A stretch of DNA of 64,000 nucleotides from contig CAVRXL010000010.1 in the NCBI GenBank assembly GCA_963725145.1, forward strand, positions 410,693-474,692, read 5' to 3'. The notes below the pieces were generated by a model. That model saw only the letters and a list, made by a program, of their open reading frames with translations. It was not told the origin of the DNA and searched no databases. This document shows, piece after piece, positions 1 to 11,681 of this stretch. Position 1 is the first letter of the stretch, and each line of letters begins with the position of its first letter. A program made the position numbers and the translations under genes. Origin of the DNA: an uncultured Acidobacteriota bacterium (GTDB lineage: Bacteria > Acidobacteriota > Vicinamibacteria > Vicinamibacterales > 2-12-FULL-66-21).

Positions 1-2649
1 CGCAAGCCTTGCACCGCGTCGCGCCCTTCCGTGATCGCCTTCGCCGCGTGATCAATCGCACCAGCCAGTTGCCCTTTCGCTTCTGCCGGGCGATCTGGCA
101 GTAGGTACAAGGCGGTCTGGAGTCGCAGCAGCAATCCGTGGAAGCTCTGAAGCAGCGTGTCGTGCAGCTCCCGCGCGATGCGTGTGCGCTCGTTGACGCG
201 TTCGTCGAGGCGTCGCTGGTACTGACGTGCGACTTGGCGGACACGGGCACGATAACCCGCCCAAACAAAGCCAAGGGACGAGGCCACGACGAGCCCCTGG
301 AACCAGCGCGTCTGGTAATACGCCGGCGCGATCGAGAATTCCAGTGTCGCGCCCACTTCGTTCCACACGCCGCTGTTGTTGGAGGCCCTGAGCCGGAATG
401 TGTAGCTCCCCGGAGCGAGGTTCGAGTATTGCACCCGGCGATCGTTTACGACTTCGCGCCAGTCGCTGTCTTGTCCTTCGAGCTTGAAGCGGAACTGCAC
501 CTTCTCGGGTGCGACCAGACTCAGCGCCGTGTAATCAATCGTGAGGTCGCGAACAAGCGGCGGCAGTTCCGGCGACAACGGAGCCTCGCCTGACACGTTC
601 CGCCAGTAGGTCTTGCCGTCGGCAGTGACTTGCTCAATGTGCACCGGTGGCGGAAGTTTGTTGAACGCAAGATGATGCGGATCGATGACGCTGGCGCCGC
701 CAGGTCGCACGAACCACAACTTGCCATCCGCGGATTTTGCGACGACCGAGTTATGAGCGCCCGTGAACCGATGGCTGCTCACTCCGTCGGAACTATCGAA
801 CACCGTCACCTGGATCGTCTGCTTTGGATGAGAGGTCCAGGCGTCCAGCTCAGACCGGCCAACGCGCACCAGGCCACAGGACAGATACAGCCAGACCGAT
901 TGGGCGTCATCCTCCATCATCCAGTGAACCGTATTGCACGGCAGTCCGTTCTGGCTGGTGAGCGTGAGAATGTGGCCGTCTTTGATACGGCTCAGCCCCC
1001 CCTCAGTTGGGACCCAGAGTGTACCGTGGCCATCGATGTAGAAACCGCGGACCATTCCCTCTCCCAGCCCTTCGACGCCTGAGTACGAGGTGCGGAGTTG
1101 ACCGTCCTTGAAATACGCGACGCCACCGTCTCGAAATCCAAGCCATAAACCACCCTGCACAGCATCATGCAGGAGAGCACTCGCCGGTTGTCTGCGCCCG
1201 AGCCTGGCCCAGGGGATGCGTTCGACCACACGCTCCTGGAACAAATGGAAAAGCCCCTCCTGATGACTCACCCAGACGTTCCCTGCACTGTCGTCGGTGA
1301 AGGAAGAGACGATTCCGTACGGTACGGATGCTACGGGAACAAACCGGTCAGCCTTGAGAAAGGCAACCCCGCTTGGCGTTCCGACCCACATTCGCCCGCG
1401 AGCGTCCTGAAAGAGGGAGTGCGCCTTATCCGGCAACCCACTGTCGGTGATCTCACGAACCGTGCCCCTCGAGTCGGCCTCCCTTCCCGCAGTGAGTCCG
1501 CTGACCAGGGAACCACCGCGCACGCCACCGAAGCCTCGATAGCGATAATTCGTGATCTGGCCTTTATTCCATCTATTCAGCCCATCAGACGTGCCCAGCC
1601 AAAGACTGCCATCCTTCGCGGTCAGAACCGAAAAAATCCCTCCGCTCGAGAAACCCTGCAGGTCAGAAAACGTTGGGATGGCGAAGTCGCGAAACCGGTC
1701 CAGGCCTTCCGCGGTCGCCACCCAAATATTGCCTTCCCGATCCTCGAAGAAAGAGTTAACGGACCTGCCTGACAGGCCGTCGGCTTGGGAAAACCGATCC
1801 ATTCTCCCGTCGTGGATATGCAACAGCCCCCTGTCCACCAGGGCGCCGATCCACAGGCCGCCATCGTGATCCCGATGCAGCCTGTGGGGCTGGAACCCAG
1901 CCGGAAGCGGATACGCCTCGGACTTCCCGTTCCTCAGTTTTGTGATTCCGCGGTGCGTGGCAATCAAGATTCCATCGTCGTCGCTTTCGATCAGCGCGTA
2001 GATTCGCTGCGCCGGATCTGGCATGGGATAGAGCGTGGGTGGACCAGGCTTCCATCGCCACAGGCCAGTCATCGCTCCCGCCCAGAGATTGCCTCCGCTA
2101 TCCTCATATAAGGGCGTCACTCCAGAGCCGAAACGGCCGTCCTCTCCATGGCATTGGATGTTGCCGCTCTGAATCCTGCAGAGCCTCCCCGCGGAAGGCG
2201 CCCACCCGGCGACCCAGATCGTTCCTTCACGATCCTCGAGCAGCGCTTCAATAACCTGCCCATCAAGTTCCGGGTAGTGAGTCAGCTTGCCGTCCTTCCA
2301 GCTGGCAAGCCCGTTATAGGTGCCAATCCACAGACGTCCGTCGCGCGCGCCCTGCACGCTTCTGATATCGCTGCTGGGGAGATGCTGCCCCGCCGGTGGC
2401 TCCCACGGGACGGCCCTCACGCCATCGAACCGAAGCAAGCCGAATTCGGTGCCCAGCCAGAGATACCCATCGGCCGTCTGTGCAATTGACCGAATGAAGC
2501 CTTCAGAAAACCCTTCGCTGATTTTCCATGAGGTGTGCGCGTACTGACTCACGTCGAGACTGGAGTTCGACGCGAAAGCATACAGCCCGGCACACGAGGA
2601 GCATGCAGCCGGCTATAACAGCGCTTCGTCTCCTATCCGCCCTCTTCAT
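1..2649 (-). CDS. Sensor histidine kinase of the periplasmic two-component-regulator beta-propeller / Y_Y_Y type with a HisKA_3 H-box. The 3' end (HATPase) lies beyond the left window edge. There is an apparent 1-nt frameshift inside the signal peptide (~2586-2592).
   Basis: Absent from the ORF track because no stop codon lies inside the window. My reverse-strand translation reads from 2558 down: LDVSQYAHTSWKISEGFSEGFIRSIAQTADGYLWLGTEFGLLRFDG. From 359 down to 3 it reads EVGATLEFSIAPAYYQTRWF..(TM)..NERTRIARELHDTLLQSFHGLLLRLQ..AIDHAAKAITEGRDAVQGLR. Both stretches are in one frame and collinear with the paralogue at 17891-20980. The ATG at 2649 gives MKRADRRRSAVIAGCMLLVC in another frame. After a 1-nt shift this joins to ..AGLYAFA/SNSSLDV, an AxA-type signal cleavage site. 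Confidence 0.8.
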
Positions 2650-2663
2650 CTTGTGCAGCAGGA

Positions 2664-5600
2664 TCAAAAACTGTACTTCAAGCCCAGCTGGATGACGCGT
2701 TCAGTCTGCGTGAATCCGAAATCACTGGCCGACGTGATCTTTCCGGCCAGCGGGTTGTTGCCGGGCGTCACCACCGGATCGTCAAATTGCGGATGATTGA
2801 ACGCATTGAACAATTCCGCCCTGAACTCCAGTCGATGTCCGTCCGCGATGTCGAAGAACTTCGAAATAATCAAATCCCATTTGTTGTTTCCGCTGCCGCG
2901 AATCACTCCTTTTCCTGCGTTACCGAGCTGACCCGGAGCTGGATTCGCCAGCTGGCTGACGTCGAACCATCGATCAATGGTGCGGTCACCGCGTGGTAGG
3001 TTCGGGTCGCCCAGAAGATTGGCGTGGGACCCGACGAACGGGACCCCAAACGAAGAGGGCGTCAGAGCCGGACCGTTCTGGAAAGTACCAATTCCACCGA
3101 TCTGCCAGTCCCCGGCGACTTTCCGCAACAGATCATCTCTTTGCTTGAAAAACGGAAGCTCGTAAAGCCAGCTCGCGACTAAACGGTGCGGCCGATCAAA
3201 GGGCGCCGGACCCCAGTTGGCGCGAACATCCTTCATCGTTTGTAGGCCAGCTCCGGCACCGATGGCAACGCCAGCGCTGCTGACATCGAGATCGGTCAAC
3301 GTCTGCTGAAACGTATATGAGACGAGGCCGGTAAAGCCGTCGGCGAACCGGCGTTCGAGTCGTGCCTGCACCGCGGTGTACTTTGCCGCCGCGCGTGACT
3401 CGTAGATATTGACGCTGCCCAGCTGGCGGGTATGGACGGATGAGCGCAAAACCCGGCGGCTGAGGCGGGAACGGGTTGGTTTCGTTGTAGTTGAGAACGC
3501 CCATCAGGTGCGCGCTCTTGGAACCGTGATAAGCCACTTCGAGCAACGTAGCATTCGTGAGGAGATACTGGACGGACGCAGTCCATTGCTGCACCTGACC
3601 ATCGCGCAGGTTGCGCTGCATGCCGTTGCGGCTGTTCGTGGACAGGCGAGTGGCCTGCGTCAAAGGATCGTCGACCGTGAAGACGGGCAGCGGATTTTGC
3701 GGATCCGTGGGACGGGCCGTCAAGTTGCTGATCCCTCCAAACGGCTCCTGAAACCCGAGTTGCCGATACGTGTTGATGACATCCGGGGTGTAGAAAATCC
3801 CGTAACCACCCCGCAGCGCTGTGCGGTTGCCGGCGCGCCAGGCAAGGCCAACCCTGGGCGCGAAGTTTTTGTAATAGGGGTCGACCAGGCTGCGCGGGTA
3901 CCCATTCTGTCCAGGAAACACCTGCTGGCCAGTCGCAAGATCGAAACTGGCAATCCGATCATCGCGCTCAACCGGGCGACCGAAGTATTCCCAGCGCAGT
4001 CCCACATTCGCCGTCAGACTGTCCGTCACTCTCCAGTCGTCCTGTATGTAATAGCCCATGGCTGTATACGACAGGTGTGGCGAAAACGGAGTGGTCTGGA
4101 CTGTATAGCTCGAAGGGTATCCGAGAAGCAGATCGGCCAGCGCATTGTAGCGAGAGGTGGCCGACAAGGGCACGGGAGCACTGAATTGGCCGGAGAAGGT
4201 ATACGCCCCGTTGGGCTGACCCCACTGTCTGGTGTTCATCCGCTTGAGTTGAATCGTCAGACCGGCTTTGAGGGTGTGCGTGGCGCGAACAGCAGAGAAG
4301 TTATTGACGATCTGTACCGATTGTGTGACCCATTTGAACACCGCGTTGTTGGAGGAATAGCCGATCTCGGGATATCCGCTCGGAGTCATCGAAGGCGCCG
4401 CCCAGGTAAGCGGATCGGGTGAGATCCCGTTAATGCCCAACTCCTGGATCCAGTTGCGCGTGAAGGCGTCAACGGAACGGCGCTCACGCCGAAATTGCAC
4501 GAACCCGATGTTCACTTCATTAATCGTCGTCGGCGTGAAGCTGTGCGCATGTCCGAGGGCAAGCTGCAGGTTGTTGTCGGACTGTTCCTGATCGAATCCG
4601 GGGAATGCAGGCGAGAGCGCCTGTCCGACGCCGCGATCGACAGGAGCGTTCCTGGTGAATCGGCCCCAGATCGTATCTCGGCTTCCAGGCCTATAGTCAA
4701 TTCGCGCTGCCAGGACGTTGTTATCGGACCTCCCTGTTGGATGACCGATGTAGTTGCGTGCGGAGTCGGCGTTATTGGGGGCCGGATACAAATTTGCCAA
4801 TGCGGCGCCCACAGGATTGATCCTCTCCGCCGGAATCACATTTCCGGGAAAGGGACTTTTGGTAAAAGGATCGACGATAACCGCTGACACGTCGCTGAAG
4901 TCCCCGGCGCGCTCCTTGAGAGTCGGCACCAGGGCCGTGGTTGTGACCGCCTGCCGCCGTCGCGTCCCTTCATACGAGAACATCCAAAAGAGCCTGTCTT
5001 TGCCGTTGTACAGTCCGGGTAGCAACACCGGCCCGCTGGCGACGAAACCAAACTGATTCCGATTCAGCGGATCAACCGTGGTGCTGAAGGGGTTCCGTGC
5101 ATCCAGAGCGTCGTCGCGAAGAAACTCGAATACCGTGGAGTGAAATGCGTTTGAGCCGCGCTTCGACGCCACGTTGATCACAGCCCCGGAGTTGCCGCCG
5201 AACTCCGACGAGTAATTGGAGGTCTGCACTCGGAATTCGGCCAATGAATCCAGCGGAGGTATCGCCAATGGATAATTGTTGAGTTCCTGTCCGCTGATTT
5301 CCATGCCGTCAATCAGCACCACGGACGTGTTGTCTCTCTGCCCGCCGACCGAGAACCCCGGGCCGTAATTGGCCTGGCGTTGAGTGGCGCTGGCACGCCC
5401 TCCGTTGATCACGCCGGCAGATAGAGAAACGAGTTGCATGACATTGCGCCCGTTAATCGGTAGTTCCAGCAACCGCTTGTCATCGATGACTTGAGACAAG
5501 CTTGCATCTGAAGCCTCGAGCAAACTACGGCCGGCTTGAACGGCAATCGACTCAGTCACCGATCCGACCTGCAACGTTACATTCACACTCACCGTCTGCG

Positions 5601-6009
5601 CCACTTGCAGCGCGACATCCTCAATCACTGCTTTCTTGAAGCCGGGATGATCAAGTTCAATCCTGTAATTGCCGAACGGCAATGCCCGGAATTCGAACAA
5701 TCCGCTCTGGTTCGACTGTTGCTCCCAACTCTGATGTCGAGCGTCGTCGATCAACTTCACATGCACGTCCGGCACGACGGCGCCAGTAGGGTCTGCAACC
5801 GTCCCGCGAATCACACCGGTGGCGGTCTGCGCGAGGACGACAGACGTCATGCGCAGGTACAAGACAATCGCGAGAATCAGGTGGCGTCGCAGCTGCGCGC
5901 GAGTGTCCGTCCCCCGAACAAGGCGCAGTGCTCCGGAAGCATAGGTCGACGGCCATCGCGCGTACGCCGCGACTCGGCTGATGATGTTGTTGCGGAACAG
6001 CCCGGCCAC
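2664..6009 (-). CDS. TonB-dependent outer-membrane receptor with an N-terminal carboxypeptidase-regulatory-like domain. The reading frame is broken once (~3424-3432).
   Basis: ORFs 3196..6009 and 2664..3449 are two pieces of one protein. In order: signal-like LILAIVLYLRMTSVVLAQ; TATGVIRGTVADPTGAVVPDVHVKL..GNYRIELDHPGFKK (CarboxypepD_reg-like); plug-like LELPINGRNVMQLVSLSAGV; a long barrel; terminal ..ERVIQLGLKYSF with an aromatic C-terminus. The pieces join as ..PGFALIRPYP / QLGSVNIYESRAAAKYTAVQ after a 1-nt shift. The start is uncertain: 6009 is a GTG about 50 codons before the signal peptide. Confidence 0.85.
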
Positions 6010-6468
6010 CGCGCCAAGGCCGGTCGTTCAGCCGGACGACGGACAGCACCACGAATGTTCCCGCACAGCGCATTGTGGGTTCGCCCCTACAGCTTGATTA
6101 CCCAAGTGCGTGGGGCACCGCGAACCGCTGGCTCGACGAACAGGATAATACGCGAAGTGAATCGCGCGCGTGCCGCCAACTCCAACATTCTTCTGCGTCA
6201 AGAGTCAGCAGACGACGCCGGGAGTCTGGATTAACGTTGTGTGGGATTGACTCTGGCCGACCCCTGCGACTTCCGCCCCCGCACGCCCAGGGGCAGCGCC
6301 AGCCCGACGCGATGGCGCGACATGGCGTTCACGCGATCGAGGTTCGCGAGCATGAGGGCAGCCGCATCGGCGTAGGGCACGATCATCTCAATGCTGAACC
6401 TCATCGTCCTCGTTTGAGCGTGGAGGCGGGACAGTCCCCGCTGCTCCCGCAGGATCCAATTCATTCGC

Positions 6469-6672
6469 TTAGCGGGCTTGGGCGTCGTCCGGCTGCAGCC
6501 GAATCGCTGCACGGTATTCGGGGAGCGCGGCGGGCCGCGGTTCGGCGCCGGCGCGCTTCATCTCGAAGTGCCACTTCCAGATTTCGTAGATCGCCGGGTA
6601 GACGACGAGCTCGAGGACGAACGATGTGAAGATGCCGCCTACCATCGGCGCGTGGAGAAACGGTTCTGACAT
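6469..6672 (-). pseudogene. Relic of the 3' end of a CusA/CzcA-type RND gene. It retains the last TM helix plus the tail, with a fortuitous ATG.
   Basis: ORF 6469..6750 contains ..APMVGGIFTSFVLELVVYPAIYEIWKWHFEMKRAGAEP. This nearly matches the C-terminus of the intact cusA (..APMVGGILTSFVLELVVYPAIYEIWKWHFEMKRARAEA). At nucleotide level, 6541-6652 aligns by eye with 8424-8534 with only a handful of mismatches. Upstream of the shared block the sequence is unrelated (MSEPFLH). Confidence 0.8.
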
Positions 6673-6703
6673 CTGCTTCCTTCGCAGCGCTTCAATGCTT
6701 TTC

Positions 6704-7315
6704 CTACTCCGGCAATCCCGGAGACTGGTGATCGTGCAATTCCTGCCCAACGATGCAAAGCAGGATCGCGACCTGCGCGTAGCTGGCGATCAACACGCTG
6801 TAGTGAAGTAACTCTTCTTCGCCAAAAAGCGCCAGGGCTGTCGCGTACGTCGCTGGCGTAACCTGCTTCGCCCCCACCGCCTCGCGCGCGAGATGAATGA
6901 GCGCAGCCTCTCTTTCTGGTACATCTGAAAGCGGCCTGCCGTGGCGGATCATGTCGATGGTCGCAGCGGGAACACCCATCTCCAGCGCCACCGGTTCATG
7001 CATGGCCCACTCGAACTGGCTTTGCATCTCCCGCGCGGTGGCGAGAATGGTTAACTCAACCAGGCGCGCATCAAGCCCCAGCTCGGAACGCAGCATGCGG
7101 TTGACGTCGCCCAGGGACTTGGCGAGCTTGGGCATGCGCAGGATCACTCCGCCAGGCCCCTTGATGCCCGCGAGATTCAAGCGTCCCGAACGTGGCGCCG
7201 TCACCGCGTCGTAGGCCTTTTGCTGTGCCTCGTTCAAGGTCTCGCGTTTCAGCGGCGGCAAGCGCGAGAGGGTTTCGGGATACACATCGGCGGGAAGTTG
7301 TGTTGCGGTTGCCAT
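6704..7315 (-). CDS. Carboxymuconolactone decarboxylase (CMD/AhpD-like) family protein
   Basis: Within ORF 6704..7402. The ATG at 7315 (MATATQLPADVYPE) is preceded by AAGGAG with 5-nt spacing. The block ..RLVELTILATAREMQSQFEWAMHEPVALEMGVPAATIDMI.. is typical of CMD-family proteins of about 200 aa. Confidence 0.8.
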   Translation of the reverse strand: MATATQLPADVYPETLSRLPPLKRETLNEAQQKAYDAVTAPRSGRLNLAGIKGPGGVILRMPKLAKSLGDVNRMLRSELGLDARLVELTILATAREMQSQFEWAMHEPVALEMGVPAATIDMIRHGRPLSDVPEREAALIHLAREAVGAKQVTPATYATALALFGEEELLHYSVLIASYAQVAILLCIVGQELHDHQSPGLPE

Positions 7316-7411
7316 GCCATCTCCTTCGTGATGACGTTGGTACCGGTCGAGCCCGCAGCTCACCGCGGTGCTCGGGCACCCGTTCGGGTCGAGCATCGTC
7401 ATGCCGCCGCG

Positions 7412-8275
7412 TCATGCCTGGGCAGGCTTCAGCACAAAGTCGTAGTGCATACGATAAAACGGCGCTTCGACCTGGTATTTCGCCGCTTCTTCACGCGTCT
7501 TCACGCGCTCACAGTCGACCACCAACGATTCTTTCACCCCAAACACCGCATCCGAATCGAGGTATTGGTCGCCTGTGACGAACAACTGCGTCACCAGACG
7601 CTCGTGCCCTGGGGCGCTGATCATGAAATGCAAATGCGCGGCGCGCATGTTATGCCGCTTGGTGGCCTCCAGCATGGCGCCCACTGGCCCGTCGGTTGGT
7701 ATCCCATAGTTCACCGGCCGCACCGCCCGGAACCAAAACTGGCCTGAGGCATCCGTCCGCAGCCGTGCCCGCAGGCTGAGACCGTTGGGTTTTTGCAAAT
7801 CGTAGAACCCGTCACCGTCGGCTTCCCAGAAATCCACCACTGCGCCCGCCAGCGGGGTGCCGTCGAGGCTTGCGACACTGCCGGCGATCACGCAAGGCTC
7901 GCCATCGCTTGGGTGCTTGGCAAGATTACTCCCCAGCGGGAGTTCCGGTGCGCCCTCGACGAAGGCTGGCCCGAGCAGGTCCGACTCGGTGGCATTGCCA
8001 ACCTTGCCATGATTGAGAAGGTCGACCAGCATCGACACCCCAAGCGAGTCTGAGAGCAGAATGAACTCCTGCCGCTTGTCATCACACTTCTGGCCAACCG
8101 CCGTGAGGAACTGGATACCGGCCAGCCATTCCTCCGAGGTTGGCCGTACCTCGCGCACAAAGCCGTGCAGATGCGTGACCAGACTGGTCATGATCTGCCG
8201 CAGACGCGGGTCGGGCGTTGCGGCAACGCGGTTGATCACCGCTTCCATCAGGGTCTGTTCGTTATAGTCACTCAT
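7412..8275 (-). CDS. Intradiol ring-cleavage dioxygenase (catechol / hydroxyquinol 1,2-dioxygenase family)
   Basis: Within ORF 7412..8293. The ATG at 8275 (MSDYNEQTLMEAV) follows AAGGTGGA. It has an N-terminal dioxygenase helical domain (RLRQIMTSLVTHLHGFVREVRPTSEEWLAGIQFL). The catalytic core reads ..VDFWEADGDGFYD..YGIPTDGPVG..RAAHLHFMI.., where R.AH.HF is the conserved His-ligand block. Confidence 0.9.
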   Translation of the reverse strand: MSDYNEQTLMEAVINRVAATPDPRLRQIMTSLVTHLHGFVREVRPTSEEWLAGIQFLTAVGQKCDDKRQEFILLSDSLGVSMLVDLLNHGKVGNATESDLLGPAFVEGAPELPLGSNLAKHPSDGEPCVIAGSVASLDGTPLAGAVVDFWEADGDGFYDLQKPNGLSLRARLRTDASGQFWFRAVRPVNYGIPTDGPVGAMLEATKRHNMRAAHLHFMISAPGHERLVTQLFVTGDQYLDSDAVFGVKESLVVDCERVKTREEAAKYQVEAPFYRMHYDFVLKPAQA

Positions 8276-8372
8276 GTCTTCCACCTTATGCACGGTGTGG
8301 CCTGCGCCATAACTTGCGGATGGCGAATGAAACGGTCCCGGCGCCAGCTCGATCCATGGATGTCGATCGCTG

Positions 8373-11300
8373 TCATTGCGCCGCCTCGGGCGACGGCAGG
8401 GCGGCGAGCAGGGCGGGCTGCGCTTCGGCGCGGGCGCGCTTCATCTCGAAGTGCCACTTCCAGATTTCGTAGATGGCCGGGTAGACGACGAGCTCGAGGA
8501 CGAACGACGTGAGGATGCCGCCAACCATCGGCGCGGCGATCCGCTTCCACACGTCGGACCCGGTGCCGGTGGCCCACATGATCGGGAGGAGCCCGAGGAA
8601 CGTCGTCGCCATCGTCATGAACTTCGGGCGCAGCCGCTTCGCGGCGCCTTCCACGATCGTCGCCTGGAGATCGGCGAGCGTTCGCAGGCGTCCTTCGCGC
8701 GACGCCTTCGCGTACGCGAGGTCGAGATACAGCAGCATGAAGACGCCGGTCTGGGCGTCGACGCCGAGCAGCGCGATCAGCCCGACCCATACGGCGATGC
8801 TCATGTTGTAGCCGAGCAGGTACAGGAACCAGACGGCGCCGACGGCCGAGAACGGCACGGCCAGCAACACGATCGCCGTCTTCACGAGCGACCGCGTGTT
8901 CAGGTACAGAAGCACGACCACGAGCAACAGCGTGAACGGGATGATGTACGCGAGACGCGCACGCACGCGCGCCATCGCTTCGTACTGGCCGCTCCAGAGC
9001 ACCGCGTAACCGGGCGGCAGCTTCACCTGCTCGCGCACGACGCGGCTCGCCTCGTCCACGTAGCTGCTGATGTCGCGGCCTGCGACGTCCACGAAGACGT
9101 ATCCGGTGAGCAGCCCGTCCTCGTTGCGGATCATCGCGGGTCCTGTCGCGACCTTCACGCGCGCCAGCTCGCCGAGCGGGATCTGCCGCTGCCCATCCGA
9201 CGCCGGCACGAGCACGCGCGCGATCGCGTCGGTGTCGGACCGGAAATCGCGCATGTAGCGGACGTTCACCGGATACCGCTCGCGCCCCTCGATCGTGGTG
9301 GTCACGTTCTCGCCGCCGATCGCGTTCTGCACCACGCCCTGCGCCGCCTCGACGCTCAAGCCGTAGCGCGCGAGCGCGTCACGGTTCCATTCGATGTCGA
9401 GGAAGAACCCGCTGCCGGTGCGCTCCGCGAACACGTTGCGCGTCCCGCTCACGGAGGGAAGCGCCGCCTCGATCGCCGTGCCGATCTTCTCGATCTCGGC
9501 AAAGTCCGCCCCGGAGATCTTCAGCCCGACCGGCGTGCGGATGCCGGTCGTCAGCATGTCGATCCGCCCCTTGATCGGCATCGTCCAGGCGTTCGAGACG
9601 CCGGGATACGTCAGGGCCGCGTTCATCTCCTCGACCAGCTGTTCTTCCGAGATGTGATCGGGCGTGACGTGCCGGAGCACGCGCTTGATCCACTCCGGCG
9701 CCCACCCGGAGTACCACGTCTCGACCCGGCGCCACTCGGACGTGGGCTTGAGCGTGATCACCGTCTCGAGCATCGAGAGCGGCGCGGGATCGGTGCTCGT
9801 GTCCGCGCGCCCCGCCTTGCCGAGCACACGATCGACCTCGGGGAACTGCTTGATGGCACGGTCACTCACCTGCACCAGCTTCTGCGCCTCGCCGATCGCA
9901 ATGCCCGGCATCGTCGTCGGCATGTAAAGAAGCGATCCCTCGTAGAGCGGCGGCATGAACTCCGATCCCAGGCGCGTGAACACCGGCACCGTGACGACGA
10001 CGAGGGCTGCGGCGCCGCCGATGACCGCCCATTTCCACCGCAACGACCAGCGGACGACCGGCTCGTACATCTTCATGAGGAAGCGGCTGATGGGATGCGA
10101 CTCCTCGGAGCGGATGCGGCCGACGAGCACCGCGTTGGTCACCCGGCAGAGCCAGGCCGGCCGGAACTCGAAGCGCCGCACGCGCGTGAAGAGAACACGC
10201 AGCGCGGGGTCGAGCGTGATCACGAGGCCCGCCGCCACGAGCATCGTGAGCGTCTTGGTGTAGGCGAGCGGCTTGAACAGCCGCCCTTCCTGCGACTCGA
10301 GCGCCAGCACCGGGAGAAACGACACCGCGATCACGAGCAGCGCAAAGAAGCTCGCCGGCGCCACCTCCTTGACCGCCTCGAGGACAACCTTGTGATAGTC
10401 GCGCGTCGATCCGTCGCGCTGCGCCTGCTCGAGCTTCTTGTGGGTCTGCTCCACGACGACGATCGCCGCGTCCACCAGCTCGCCCATCGCGATCGCGATG
10501 CCGCCGAGCGACATGATGTTCGCCGTGATCCCCATCGCGCGGAACGGGATGAACGCCACGAGCACGGCAACCGGAATGGTGATGAGCGGGATCAGCGCGC
10601 TCGGCACGTGCCACAGGAACAGCAGCACGATGAAGACGACGGCGAGCACCACCTCGACGAGCGTCTCGCTCACGTTGTCGATCGCGCGGCGGATCAGCAC
10701 CGAGCGGTCGTAGATGGGGACGATCTCCATCCCGGACGGCAAGCCCGGCTCGATCTGGCGGATGCGCTCCTTGACGCGATCGATCACGTCGACCGCGTTC
10801 TCCCCCTGGCGCATCACGACGATCCCCGACACCACTTCGCCGGCGCCGTCCAGATCCGCCACGCCCCGCCGCAGATCCGGGCCGAGCGTTACGTGCCCGA
10901 TGTCGCGGACCCGGATCGGCGTGCCGCTCTCGCTGGCCGTCACGACGATGCTCTCGAAGTCGGCGACCGACTTGGCGTACCCGCGGCCGCGCACCATGTA
11001 CTCGGTGCCGCCGAACTCGATGAGCCGACCGGCAGTCTCGGCGTTGCCGCCGCGCACAGCCTCGACGACCCGCTGTATCGAGAGGCCGTAGTTGCGCAGC
11101 CGGTTCGGGTCGACGTTCACCTGGTACTGCCGGCCGAAGCCACCGACCGAGGCCACCTCGGACACGCCGGGCACCGCCTTCAGGTAGTAGCGCAGGTACC
11201 AGTCCTGGTACGACCGCACATCCGCCAGGCTGTGTCTGCCCGAGCGGTCCACGAGCGCGTACTGGAACACCCAGCCGAGACCGGTCGCGTCGGGCCCGAG

Positions 11301-11681
11301 CTCCGTGCGCGCATCGGGCGGCAGCCGCGACAGCACGCCGGAGAGGTACTCCAGTGTCCGCGTGCGCGCCCAGTAGGTGTCGGTTCCATCCTCGAAGATC
11401 ACGTAGACGAACGAGTAGCCAAAATCGGAGACGCCGCGGACCGCTTTCACGCGCGGCGCGCCGAGCATCGCCGTCACGATCGGATACGTGACCTGCGCCT
11501 CGATGAGGTCGGGACTGCGATCCCACCGCGAGTAGACGATGACCTGTGTGTCGCCGAGGTCAGGGATCGCGTCCAGCGGCACGTTCCGCAGCGCGCGCGC
11601 GCCGGCGAGCGCGGCGGCGCCCACCAGCAACAGGACCAGGAACTTGTTCCTGACCGAGAAGTCGATGATGCGCTCGATCAT
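8373..11681 (-). CDS. cusA: CusA/CzcA-family heavy-metal (Cu/Ag-type) RND efflux pump
   Basis: Intact 1102-aa ORF. It begins MIERIIDFSVRNKFLVLLLVGAAALAGARALRNVPLDAIPDLGDTQVIVYSRWDRSPDLIEAQVTYPIV and shows 12-TM RND architecture throughout. Its ATG overlaps the cusB stop (ATGA). Confidence 0.95.
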   Translation of the reverse strand: MIERIIDFSVRNKFLVLLLVGAAALAGARALRNVPLDAIPDLGDTQVIVYSRWDRSPDLIEAQVTYPIVTAMLGAPRVKAVRGVSDFGYSFVYVIFEDGTDTYWARTRTLEYLSGVLSRLPPDARTELGPDATGLGWVFQYALVDRSGRHSLADVRSYQDWYLRYYLKAVPGVSEVASVGGFGRQYQVNVDPNRLRNYGLSIQRVVEAVRGGNAETAGRLIEFGGTEYMVRGRGYAKSVADFESIVVTASESGTPIRVRDIGHVTLGPDLRRGVADLDGAGEVVSGIVVMRQGENAVDVIDRVKERIRQIEPGLPSGMEIVPIYDRSVLIRRAIDNVSETLVEVVLAVVFIVLLFLWHVPSALIPLITIPVAVLVAFIPFRAMGITANIMSLGGIAIAMGELVDAAIVVVEQTHKKLEQAQRDGSTRDYHKVVLEAVKEVAPASFFALLVIAVSFLPVLALESQEGRLFKPLAYTKTLTMLVAAGLVITLDPALRVLFTRVRRFEFRPAWLCRVTNAVLVGRIRSEESHPISRFLMKMYEPVVRWSLRWKWAVIGGAAALVVVTVPVFTRLGSEFMPPLYEGSLLYMPTTMPGIAIGEAQKLVQVSDRAIKQFPEVDRVLGKAGRADTSTDPAPLSMLETVITLKPTSEWRRVETWYSGWAPEWIKRVLRHVTPDHISEEQLVEEMNAALTYPGVSNAWTMPIKGRIDMLTTGIRTPVGLKISGADFAEIEKIGTAIEAALPSVSGTRNVFAERTGSGFFLDIEWNRDALARYGLSVEAAQGVVQNAIGGENVTTTIEGRERYPVNVRYMRDFRSDTDAIARVLVPASDGQRQIPLGELARVKVATGPAMIRNEDGLLTGYVFVDVAGRDISSYVDEASRVVREQVKLPPGYAVLWSGQYEAMARVRARLAYIIPFTLLLVVVLLYLNTRSLVKTAIVLLAVPFSAVGAVWFLYLLGYNMSIAVWVGLIALLGVDAQTGVFMLLYLDLAYAKASREGRLRTLADLQATIVEGAAKRLRPKFMTMATTFLGLLPIMWATGTGSDVWKRIAAPMVGGILTSFVLELVVYPAIYEIWKWHFEMKRARAEAQPALLAALPSPEAAQ

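Noticed and set aside
6231-6512. 93-aa minus-strand ORF in the 460-bp gap between the cusA relic and the TonB receptor gene
   Set aside because: It shows no family resemblance, no clear SD and an Arg-rich tail. It overlaps the relic. It may be a remnant of whatever followed the lost second cus operon. The evidence is insufficient to call a gene.
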